Origin: Candidatus Saccharimonadota bacterium
GTDB lineage: Bacteria > Pseudomonadota > Gammaproteobacteria > Enterobacterales > Enterobacteriaceae
Length of the DNA stretch: 32,000 nt
Assembly: GCF_000185985.2 (NCBI RefSeq)
Contig: NC_014909.2
Location: 690,001-722,000, forward strand
Direction of reading: 5' to 3'
Shown here: piece after piece, positions 1 to 9,197 of the stretch
How the letters are laid out: each line of letters begins with the position of its first letter
Position numbering within the stretch: position 1 is the first letter of the stretch
Made by a program: the position numbers and the translations under genes
Notes under the pieces: model-generated
Database searches by the model: none
What the model saw: only the letters and a program-made list of their open reading frames with translations
Told to the model about the DNA's origin: nothing

Positions 1-559
1 TCTAAAACCACTGCATTCCTTTTATTAATCAAAAAAACAACTTTATCACAAGAAATTTCAAAATAACCAAACACATACCCTATAATAAAATTATATACCA
101 CGATAAAAAAAAACACACACCACACAGAAACTAAAAATAAATGCCTCTCTGTAAATGCCACCAATTCTCTTAATAACATCATTAACAACAATTAATCATG
201 ATTTTCTTACATCAACTCTTTAAAAACAAAAATAATTAAATATTTCCCTTTTTTACCGATTAATCATCCCCTATTCAAATAACAATCAAACTAACACACC
301 TCAAGTTTAAACTCATATACTTTACAAACAACCAACCCATGCATAAGCTTTTATGCACTAAAACAAATTACCTCTCATACAATAGTAACACACATACATA
401 TATTACTACCAAAATTATTAAAAGTAAACATTTTCTCTTATCTGATTTTCATACCTAAAATAGATAAAAGAAACAACGTACAATTTTCTATAATTCAATT
501 GACAAACCCCTCCAATTCAAAGATACTACTCAGTATAATGGGAAGAGAGAAGAAAACTA

Positions 560-660
560 ATATATATATAACTATAACATACCACAATCAAATAATATAT
601 ACACACCTTCGTATGTGGCTGTAGCGTTTGTGTGTGCTACGATTGAGCTGTGGTATGATG
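560..660. other. Candidate replication-origin region: abrupt strand-composition inversion (plus strand C/A-rich to G/T-rich) at ~608/609
   Basis: Approximate hand counts: 1-600 has ~30 G vs ~130 C with A>T. From 609 on G>C and T>A (661-1020: ~60 G vs ~28 C), and all later spacers keep that polarity. Imperfect dyad cataccacaatc (578-589) / gattgagctgtggtatg (641-657) and a (TA)5 tract (561-570) flank the junction. No ORF >=60 aa in 1-959. No good DnaA box seen. Confidence 0.4.
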
Positions 661-1254
661 AATGAAAAAAAATAGTTTATATTTGTGCCCGGCCTTTATT
701 ATTATTGTATGCTACCTTCACTATTTTTAGCGGTTAATGTTCTTTAGAGAAAATCTAAAAAGAAATTTGAAGAATAGATTTCTTGTATAGTTATAAGAAG
801 GGTCGGTAATAAGTCTTGGGAAGTAAAGTTGGACTTTTTAGTGAAAGTAACAGTTATATATAAAATATATCATAGAATTATTGATCAGTAAAAATAAGAT
901 ATTGTAAAGTGTATTTATTCTTAATGATGAAATTAAAAAATCAATGTTGGGATATACACTTATGGTGGTGTGATGATATTAGTATAGTATATATGTTTTA
1001 AAATTATTTTACTTTCCTTATTTATATAATTAAAATGGTAGAAAAGCATGTGGTATTGTTGTGGGGTCAGAAATAAAAAATCCATTAAATAAAGATACAA
1101 AGTAATGTATAGAGATGACTTATTGAAAATAAGAAATTGATCCGATATGTTCATTGTGTAAAAAATTAAAAATAATAATTTAATATGCACTAAAGGGCAT
1201 ATATTTAGTATATATCATATATTTTTTATGTAGAAAACTCAGAGATATTGAGAC

Positions 1255-2229
1255 ATGATTATAGTTACTGGAGGAGCTGGATTTGTTGGTAGAAATATTA
1301 TAAAAAAGTTGAATGAGGTAGAGAAAAAAGAAATATTAGTAGTCGATAATCTTAGTAATGGTAAAAAATATAGAAATTTAATGAATTTAGATATTTCAGA
1401 TTATTTAGATAAAGATTATTTTATAAATAAATTATTAGATAACCCTAGTTATTTTAAAAATATAGAAGTAGTATTCCATGAAGGTGCTTGTTCTAATACA
1501 AGGGAATGGAATGGTAAATATTTGATGAAAAATAATTATGAATATTCTAAATTACTTTTATTTTACTGTATAAAATATGAGATTCCTTTTATATATGCCT
1601 CTTCTGCTTCAGTGTATGGATCAAATATGTGCAATGTTTATTGTCGTAATAATAAAATTATTAATTCAATTGAGAATCCGGTTACTATGTATGGTTACTC
1701 TAAATTTTTATTTGATCGGTATGTACATAATATATTGCCTAAGGTAAAGTCTCAAGTATGTGGTTTACGATATTTTAATATATACGGTCCTCATGAATTT
1801 CATAAAGGCCGAATGGCAAGTGTTATTTTAAATATATATAAAAAAGTTAAAAATAAAGAAAGTCCTATTTTATTTGTTGGAAGTAAAAATTTTAAAAGAG
1901 ATTTTGTATACATAGATGATATAGTGAATGTGAATTTATGGATTTGGTATAATAAAATATCTGGTATTTTTGATTGTGGTACGGGTCACGCTAGGTCTTT
2001 TGAATTTGTCACTAGTATTGTATTAAATCTTTTAAATTATAACACAATAAAGTATGTTACTATGCCAAAAGAAATACAAAAATATTATCAATATTTTACA
2101 AAAGCAAATATTTCTCAACTTCAAGGGATAGGATATGAAAATAAATTTATTGATGTAAATGAGGGTATTTATAAGTATTTAAATTGGCTGAATTTATATA
2201 TGTGTATGATAGTATATTATTTTGTATGA
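1255..2229 (+). CDS. hldD: ADP-L-glycero-D-manno-heptose 6-epimerase
   Basis: 324-aa ORF. MIIVTGGAGFVGRNI (Rossmann GxxGxxG), YGYSKF, RYFNIYGP and FKRDFVYIDD align end-to-end with E. coli HldD/RfaD as recalled (MIIVTGGAGFIGSNI, YGYSKF, RYFNVYGP, FKRDFVYVGD). About 14 aa longer at the C-terminus. Confidence 0.9.
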   Translation: MIIVTGGAGFVGRNIIKKLNEVEKKEILVVDNLSNGKKYRNLMNLDISDYLDKDYFINKLLDNPSYFKNIEVVFHEGACSNTREWNGKYLMKNNYEYSKLLLFYCIKYEIPFIYASSASVYGSNMCNVYCRNNKIINSIENPVTMYGYSKFLFDRYVHNILPKVKSQVCGLRYFNIYGPHEFHKGRMASVILNIYKKVKNKESPILFVGSKNFKRDFVYIDDIVNVNLWIWYNKISGIFDCGTGHARSFEFVTSIVLNLLNYNTIKYVTMPKEIQKYYQYFTKANISQLQGIGYENKFIDVNEGIYKYLNWLNLYMCMIVYYFV

Positions 2230-3481
2230 ACAGTGTTAATGATTAATTGTTTGGTAGAAAAAGATACAGTAATAGTGTATATTTTATATAAAAATTATTG
2301 TTTATGAAATATGGGTTATAATTAAAAGGTTGGTTGTATTGTTTCAATTCGGTATAAATAAATTTATAGTAAATAAAATGATAGGGTGAAAGAAATAAAT
2401 CTTATTACTTTCATAATATATTATTATATATAGAACTTTAAAATTATCAGCATATTATTAATAAAGAACAATTATTCGACAACTGTATGCAAGTAATAGC
2501 GTTAATTAATTCATTTAAATTTGTTTTCATATTTTTTATTGGGTACTTTTTTATTAGAGAAAAAAATTAGTTTGATGAAAATAAAATGATGCAATATAGG
2601 CTTTTATAGAAAATGATATACGTTAAAAATACAGTAGCAATTTTATTCATAATAGAAGATATGATTCTTTATAATATTATGTAGTATGATTTAAATATAA
2701 CAAAAATTTTCAGATTCGTCTTTTTATTGATATTATTTGTATTAAAAAATAAGGTAGTGAAATTCATAATAAATAATTTAGGTTTAAATTGCATAATTTT
2801 TATGTAAATAATTAATTGGGTATGATGATCTTGAATTAACATATGAATTATTAAAATTAGTTCTCTATTATTATTATATAATTTAAATTTAAAAGTAATT
2901 TGTATCATGGATGATACGTAGTAATTTGTAAGATTGTGATAAAATTGATTATCAATAAATAACGTTATTAAATTTGTTAAATTTAATAAACTGAAAAAAA
3001 TTTATTAGAATCTATTGAAATCATACTTCTTTAGAATAAAAAATTTTGGTTTTATTTATGTATTATATATGTCGCAAGGGGTAATAATTCAGGGATGGAG
3101 TATTTCTCTATAGTAAACGTAGTTTGTAGCAGATAATGTATAATGTATTTTTTTGTATTGGGAAAACATTATTATAAATCACATACACAAGCTTATCGTA
3201 GGGAGGTTGATGTGAATTCAATAGACATACATATATGATTCATATCATATATGTTACGTACGTTATTTTCTATTCCGATTTTTAGATAATAAGTAGTGTT
3301 TTGTCATCAAACATAGTATAACAGATATATATTGATATGTAGAATGAATAAAAATCGTCATATTATTCAATATAATGATGATTATCATAGGAATTTAATT
3401 AAAAAACTTCAATTCAAAAGTATTTAAAGAATTGAAACATTATTGAAGTAATAATTTTAATTTGTTAATGTAAATATTATA

Positions 3482-4462
3482 ATGAGTACGTATCATGCAT
3501 TGATTATAAAAATTTCTTCTATGGGAGATATCATCCATACCTTACCTGCGGTGACTGATGCTGCAAATTTTATACCTAATGTATTATTTGATTGGGTTGT
3601 TGAGGAAACGTTTGCTGAAATTCCACAGTGGCATTTATCCGTATTTCAAGTTATACCCATCAAACTAAGACTGTGGAAAAAGAAATGGTATACATTGCGT
3701 TCCTGGAAAGAATATAATAATTATATTACACAAGTAGGGGCTAAAAAATATGATGCTATAATTGATGCTCAAGGTTTGTTAAAAACATCTTTATTTGCAA
3801 CATATTTTGCTGTTGGAATAAAGCATGGTTTAGATCGGTTTAGTGCTAAAGAACCTATAAGTTGCTGGGTTTATGATAAGTGTTATCGTATTAATAAAAT
3901 TCAACATGCTATAGAACGTATAAGAAAATTATTTGCTTATAGTTTAGGATATTCAGTCCCATCATGTATAGGACAATACAATATTCGACATATTTTTCAA
4001 TCTTGTATAAAAAAGAGTGAGGCCCCATATTTAATATTATTACATTCCACTACTTGTTTACTGAAGTGTTGGCCAGAATCTAGTTGGCTAATTTTTATAC
4101 AAAAAGTATTAAAATTTTCAGATTATCGTATAAAAATCCCATTTTGGACAAAACGAGAAGAGTGGTTTGTTAAATGTCTTAAAAATTATTTTTCTCAAAT
4201 TATAGTTTTACCGCATTTAACTTTGTGGGAAGTTTCTATTCAAATTATACAAGCTTCAGCTATTATCTCAGTTGATACTGGATTAAGTCATCTAGCAGCA
4301 GCTTACGATTGTTCTAATCTAACTTTATACGGGCCAACTAATCCAGAATTAATAGGTACGTATGGATTGAATCAAACTATTTTAAGATCTAAAACAGGAC
4401 GGATGGATAATCTTCATCCAGAGTTTGTTTGGAGTAAATTTAAAGATAAGTTTTTTACATAA
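3482..4462 (+). CDS. waaC: LPS heptosyltransferase I
   Basis: 326-aa ORF. IIKISSMGDIIHTLPAVTDA, FDWVVEE, YDAIIDAQGL, VDTGLSHLAAA and LYGPT match E. coli WaaC/RfaC (VKTSSMGDVLHTLPALTDA, FDWVVEE, YDAVIDAQGL, VDTGLSHLTAA, VYGPT). Confidence 0.88.
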   Translation: MSTYHALIIKISSMGDIIHTLPAVTDAANFIPNVLFDWVVEETFAEIPQWHLSVFQVIPIKLRLWKKKWYTLRSWKEYNNYITQVGAKKYDAIIDAQGLLKTSLFATYFAVGIKHGLDRFSAKEPISCWVYDKCYRINKIQHAIERIRKLFAYSLGYSVPSCIGQYNIRHIFQSCIKKSEAPYLILLHSTTCLLKCWPESSWLIFIQKVLKFSDYRIKIPFWTKREEWFVKCLKNYFSQIIVLPHLTLWEVSIQIIQASAIISVDTGLSHLAAAYDCSNLTLYGPTNPELIGTYGLNQTILRSKTGRMDNLHPEFVWSKFKDKFFT

Positions 4463-4718
4463 TTCTTTTATTTGAGATCCGATAAAGAATAAGTTTATAC
4501 ATAAAAAATTTTTAGGATTAGTAGAAGTTCCATAAGACTGCATGCAATATTTTATTTTAAACTTTCATTAAATTTTAATTAATTTATTTTTTAAAATATT
4601 TTACAAGTATAGTAATTAATTTGTTTATAAAAATTCGGTACTTGTTGAGTAGAATTTTATACATAATTAGACCCCTTTATTTTACTATTTGGTTTTTATT
4701 AAAAATTTATATTTTTAT

Positions 4719-4760
4719 CTCAAACATACAAACCTAATTTTTTAGATTTGTATGTTTGAG
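4719..4760. repeat. Perfect 14-bp inverted repeat (extended hairpin) in the waaC-waaA spacer
   Basis: ctcaaacatacaaa (4719-4732) is the exact reverse complement of tttgtatgtttgag (4747-4760). An inner ctaa/ttag pair (4734-4737 / 4742-4745) leaves a tttt loop. Confidence 0.85.
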
Positions 4761-4891
4761 TGAATAAACCATACACTATGAAATATACTATCATTAAATC
4801 AACATTTTTTATATATATTTATATATAATGATTATAGTATTGGGGAGTTCTATTATATTAGAGATTTGTTTATATTTTAATTAATAAATAT

Positions 4892-6196
4892 ATGTATATT
4901 TTTTATTTTGTAATATATGACATAATCATGTATATTGTTCAACCTATAATTTGGATCCGGTTGTTGTGGCTTAGTATAAAAGTTCCTGAATATCGTAAAA
5001 ATTGGTTAGAACGTTATAGTTATCATTATACTACTATCGGCAGTAGTAAGCTAGGAGGGATAGTATTACATGCGGTATCAGTAGGAGAAATATTATCGAT
5101 AGTGCCGTTAATTAAGAAGTTTAAAAAAAAATATCCTAATCTTGCTATTATTGTTACTACAATGACCCCTTCTGGTTTAAAATTAGCTTGTCAGGTTACG
5201 ATTAATTATCAGAATGTACAATGTATGTATCTTCCATATGACTTACCTAATGCTGTAAAAAGATTTATTAATCGTATTAAACCTAAATTATTTATTATTG
5301 TGGAAACAGAATTGTGGCCTAATTTAATTAGAACTTTATACTTGTATAAAATTCCTATTGTTATTTTAAATGCTAGATTATCTCATTCTGCTTTTAAAAA
5401 ATACAAAAAAATTAGTTGTTTTTTTAAGTACATTGTTCAATGTATTACTATAGTTCTTGCTCAAGATAAAGAAAATGCGGGTAGGTTTCTTAAATTGGGG
5501 TTAAAAAGGTATCAATTACGTATTATAGGTAATTTAAAATTTGATGTTGTGGTTACTCACGATATATTAAAACAAATTTCAGATTTAAAACAAAATTGGA
5601 CTAGAAATCGAATAGTATGGATAGCTGGTAGTACACATCAGGGAGAAGAAAAAATATTGTTGAAAGTACACGAAAATCTTTTAACTATATTTCCAAATTT
5701 ACTTATGATTTTGTCTCCAAGACATCCTGAGCGTTTTTCGCATGTTATTAATATTACTAAAAATTTTGGTTTTTCTTATATCACAAAAAGTAGTGGAGTA
5801 ATTCCATCAGAAAATATACAAGTAATTATTAATAATACTATAGGAGAATTAATGTTGTTATATGGAATTTCAGATATAGCTTTTGTTGGAGGTAGTTTAG
5901 TGCCACATGGAGGGCATAATCCTTTAGAACCGGCTACATATGCTATTCCTATAATTATGGGACCTTATGTGTTTAATTTTAATAGTATTTGTTCTACTTT
6001 ACATAAATTAGGAGGATTAATTAATATTGTTGATGTTGATTCTTTAATTAAAGTTATGTATCTTTTATTAAAAGATCAAGAACTTCGTTTACATTATGGG
6101 AAGTGTGCTTACAAAGCATTTCAAAAAAATGAAGGAGTAACATCTCAAGCGTTCAATATTTTGAATGATTATTTAACTAAAAATTATGTACAATAG
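4892..6196 (+). CDS. waaA: 3-deoxy-D-manno-octulosonic acid (Kdo) transferase
   Basis: 434-aa ORF. QPIIWIRL, GGIVLHAVSVGE, VTTMTPSG, ETELWPNL, GSTHQGEE, PRHPERF and GGSLVPHGGHNPLEPA match E. coli WaaA/KdtA over the full length. The start could instead be the internal Met at 4928. Confidence 0.9.
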   Translation: MYIFYFVIYDIIMYIVQPIIWIRLLWLSIKVPEYRKNWLERYSYHYTTIGSSKLGGIVLHAVSVGEILSIVPLIKKFKKKYPNLAIIVTTMTPSGLKLACQVTINYQNVQCMYLPYDLPNAVKRFINRIKPKLFIIVETELWPNLIRTLYLYKIPIVILNARLSHSAFKKYKKISCFFKYIVQCITIVLAQDKENAGRFLKLGLKRYQLRIIGNLKFDVVVTHDILKQISDLKQNWTRNRIVWIAGSTHQGEEKILLKVHENLLTIFPNLLMILSPRHPERFSHVINITKNFGFSYITKSSGVIPSENIQVIINNTIGELMLLYGISDIAFVGGSLVPHGGHNPLEPATYAIPIIMGPYVFNFNSICSTLHKLGGLINIVDVDSLIKVMYLLLKDQELRLHYGKCAYKAFQKNEGVTSQAFNILNDYLTKNYVQ

Positions 6197-6460
6197 TATA
6201 TGTTAAGTTGATTTAAGAAAATTATATGTATTTAATATATTTTAAAGCAAATGAAAATTTTTAAAGTATGTTTGTTTATTTTTGATAAATAAATTATTTT
6301 TATATTGTAAAGAATTGCGCTTGTAATTTAAATAATGAGTAATTGTAGTATTTATAAATGACATACTTTGGTATTTTTTATTACGTTAAAGTGTTATTTT
6401 TTATAGATGATAAATTGAATTGTATTGTAAATTTTAAATTAGGTAAATTATTATTTTATA

Positions 6461-6634
6461 TTATTTTTTATTTTTACTTCTTTCTACGTATATTACATGT
6501 TTTCGTATAATGGGATCATATTTTTTTAATCTTATTTTTTCAATGTTTGAGCGTTTATTTTTTGTAGTACTATAGAAATGCCCATTTTTAGAAGAAGAAA
6601 ATAAATAAATTATTTCACGAATTTCTTTAGCCAT
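6461..6634 (-). CDS. rpmG: 50S ribosomal protein L33
   Basis: Too short for the ORF track. Minus-strand ATG (6634) to TAA (6461) translates [57 protein letters not shown]. Compare E. coli L33 [55 protein letters not shown]. It starts 4 nt after the rpmB stop, as in the rpmBG operon. Confidence 0.9.
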   Translation of the reverse strand: MAKEIREIIYLFSSSKNGHFYSTTKNKRSNIEKIRLKKYDPIIRKHVIYVERSKNKK

Positions 6635-6638
6635 GATT

Positions 6639-6887
6639 TTATTTCTTTTTTGTTATTTTTATATTTTTAGAAGATAAATTTGATAAATATTGGTCAATAC
6701 CCAATTTATCAATAAAACGTAGACCTTTAGCAGAAATACGAATTGAACAAAACTTTTTTTTGCTATCTATCCAAATACGATGATAATGAATATTTGGAAT
6801 AAACCAACGTTTGGTTGCATTCATAGAATGAGAACGTTTATTTCCGTTAATGGGACGTTTTCCAGTAATACGACATATTCTAGACAT
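6639..6887 (-). CDS. rpmB: 50S ribosomal protein L28
   Basis: 82-aa [42 protein letters not shown]... versus E. coli L28 [39 protein letters not shown]... Confidence 0.95.
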   Translation of the reverse strand: MSRICRITGKRPINGNKRSHSMNATKRWFIPNIHYHRIWIDSKKKFCSIRISAKGLRFIDKLGIDQYLSNLSSKNIKITKKK

Positions 6888-7518
6888 AATTTTATTTTTC
6901 TACTCTCACATATATTTTAAAAATTTATTCAAGTAAGTAGTATAAACTAATTGTTATAATGATAGTAGTTATTTTCGATATTATTAATTTTAATTATAGT
7001 AATTTTTAGATTTTATGTTTATAGTTTATTATGATTGGTTTGAATTATCTTTAAATTATATATATATTGTTTATTTATATTTTGTAATTTTAATTTTTTT
7101 ATAGTATTTAGAATATACAAATAATTTTATATAGGAGATTTTTATTTTTTATTATTGTAAAAATTTAACTTTATTTTAGAAATATTAATATGTTTTAATT
7201 GTATGGTATTTTTTTACATAGGAGAATATTTTTGATTAAATTTATTGAAATGATATTTATTAGCTAATAATAATACCTATTAGGGGTTAATAGGCGTACG
7301 TAAGTAATATTGTACTGAGATTTAAGATAAATTTGATTTTTTTATGAATAAAAGGATAATTTTAATCCTTTTATTATAGTGTGTATTTCATTAAAATAAA
7401 TTTATATGTATATGTTATATTATTTGATTGTAAATTTTAGTTTAATAATTGTTGACGATATTGAATTAAAGGGGGTTTCAAAAAAGATGGGTTTTGTTAT
7501 TCATTGTATTTAATTTTA

Positions 7519-7983
7519 ATGAAAAATATGAAGAAGACCATTGATATAAAAATTGTGGATAATCGAGTGTGTAGGGATTTTCTATTACCAAGGTATATGA
7601 CTGAAGGATCTGCGGGATTAGATTTGTTTGTCTGCCTTGATAGACCTGTTATTATTTATCCTAATAAAACTAAACTTTTTTCTACTGGAATTGCGGTATA
7701 TATTTCTGATCCAAAAATAGCAGGTATCATATTGCCTCGTTCTGGGTTAGGACATTATCATGGTATAATATTAAGTAATTCTGTAGGGCTTATTGATTCA
7801 GATTATCAAGGAGAAATACAGGTTTCTTTATGGAATAGGGGGGAAGAAGAATTTATTCTTACTCCTGGGAAAAGGGTGGCGCAATTATTATTTATTTCTC
7901 TTGTGCAAGTTCAGTTTTCTTTGGTTACATCTTTTAAATCTTGTAGTATGCGTGGTACTAAGGGTTTTGGTCATTCTATGTGA
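7519..7983 (+). CDS. dut: dUTP pyrophosphatase (dUTPase)
   Basis: All five dUTPase motifs are present (SAGLDL, PRSGLGH, GLIDSDYQGE, RVAQL, RGTKGFGHS). Colinear with E. coli Dut (MMKKIDVKILD...). The track start at 7504 is a TTG; the first ATG is 7519, and the ATG at 7528 (MKKTIDIKIVD) aligns best with E. coli. Confidence 0.9.
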   Translation: MKNMKKTIDIKIVDNRVCRDFLLPRYMTEGSAGLDLFVCLDRPVIIYPNKTKLFSTGIAVYISDPKIAGIILPRSGLGHYHGIILSNSVGLIDSDYQGEIQVSLWNRGEEEFILTPGKRVAQLLFISLVQVQFSLVTSFKSCSMRGTKGFGHSM

Positions 7984-8101
7984 GAAGTTATTATAATAAT
8001 GTAGATTTATCTTAAAACATGTAAATTTTAGTTATGTCAAATATATAAATTGGGTTTTTTGATATCTATGTAATTGATATTTTATTATGAATCATTAAAT
8101 A

Positions 8102-8137
8102 AAACGGGATATTATGAATTGGACCCGTTTGTTTTTA
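8102..8137 (+). terminator. Possible intrinsic terminator downstream of dut
   Basis: aaacggg (8102-8108) pairs with cccgttt (8124-8130) around a 15-nt loop, followed by gttttta. It lies ~120 bp after the dut stop. One of the few G/C-containing stems followed by a T-tract in the window. Confidence 0.4.
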
Positions 8138-8324
8138 GTTACTACAATCATAATTGTATATTTATCAATGAGGTATATTTTTTAAAAAGCATAATTTATT
8201 TTTTATATAAAAATAGCGTGTATTATTTTTAATATACAATGGGAATATGCTTTATATTTGCAAATAAGTGTTTGATGTGAGTGTATATTTTGATTTTAAT
8301 TTTCTAAATATAATAGAGTAAATT

Positions 8325-9197
8325 ATGATTAATAGTATGACTGCTTTTTCAAGGCAAGAGATATCTTATGTATGGGGATGTGGATTTTGGGAAGTTCGTT
8401 CTTTAAATCAACGTTATTTAGATATTTGTATTGATTTGCCTAAAAATTTTCAGTGTTTATCGTGGACGATTAGGAAAATAATTAAAACTCATATAGCGCG
8501 AGGAAGGATTGAGTGTAATTTAAAATTTGATATAGATTATTGTAATGAGTATTCTAATTTCATTATTAATGAAAATTTGGTTTCCTTTTTAATAAAATCG
8601 GCAGAGAAAATTAAATTAAAAATTCCAGATGGAACTATTGATCTTACAAAAATATTATTTTATCCCGGTGTAATTTCATATGAAAAATATGATATGAATC
8701 ATATTTCTAGAGAGTTATTAATTCATTTTAAAAGTGCATTAAATCAATTAATGAAAAATAGGAATGAAGAAGGAATATGTTTAAAAAAACAATTGGTTGA
8801 TAGATTATATAAAATTTTTGAAATAATAAAAAAGATTAAGTTATATATTCCTGATTTTTTAAATAAAAAAAGAATAAAACTTTTAGAGCAAGTACAAAAT
8901 ATTTGCTCAATGGTAGATAAAACTAGATTAGAACAAGAATTATTGGTAATGACCCAAAAATTAGATATTTCAGAAGAAATAGATCGTTTATTTATTCATA
9001 TCCAAAGTATGGATAAATGTATTTCTAAAGATAAGGTAGGTCCTATTGGAAGAAAATTAGATTTTGTAATTCAAGAAATACAGAGAGAAGCTAATACTTT
9101 AATTTCTAAATCAGCAGATATGAATATAATACGTTTATCAATTTCTTTAAAAGTACTGGTTGAACAGATTCGCGAGCAGGTACAAAATATCGAATAA
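8325..9197 (+). CDS. yicC: YicC-family stress-induced protein / endoribonuclease
   Basis: 290-aa ORF. N-terminus MINSMTAFSRQEISYVWGCGFWEVRSLNQRYLD versus E. coli YicC MIRSMTAYARREIKGEWGSATWEMRSVNQRYLE. Similar length (287 aa) and the expected position downstream of dut. Confidence 0.85.
   Translation: MINSMTAFSRQEISYVWGCGFWEVRSLNQRYLDICIDLPKNFQCLSWTIRKIIKTHIARGRIECNLKFDIDYCNEYSNFIINENLVSFLIKSAEKIKLKIPDGTIDLTKILFYPGVISYEKYDMNHISRELLIHFKSALNQLMKNRNEEGICLKKQLVDRLYKIFEIIKKIKLYIPDFLNKKRIKLLEQVQNICSMVDKTRLEQELLVMTQKLDISEEIDRLFIHIQSMDKCISKDKVGPIGRKLDFVIQEIQREANTLISKSADMNIIRLSISLKVLVEQIREQVQNIE

Noticed and set aside
351-359. DnaA-box-like ttatgcact (8/9 to TTATNCACA), and agtggataa at 11701-11709
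   Set aside because: These are single, isolated, imperfect matches about 250 bp and 11 kb from the skew switch, with no cluster. They are not usable as evidence for or against an origin.
960-1190. 76-aa minus-strand ORF in the hldD upstream spacer
   Set aside because: Low-complexity I/L/F/Y/N-rich translation typical of random ORFs in AT-rich DNA. It has no recognisable motif, no Shine-Dalgarno, and lies in a region with no other coding signal.
2669-2908. 79-aa minus-strand ORF inside the hldD-waaC spacer
   Set aside because: Same low-complexity character. It is on the wrong strand to be a waaF remnant, and I recognised no similarity to anything.
3229-3254. 26-nt palindrome acatatatgat-tcat-atcatatatgt (11-bp arms) in the hldD-waaC spacer, followed by tacgtacg
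   Set aside because: It is built almost entirely from (TA)n-like sequence, which is self-complementary by nature. Such palindromes arise readily by slippage in AT-rich filler DNA.
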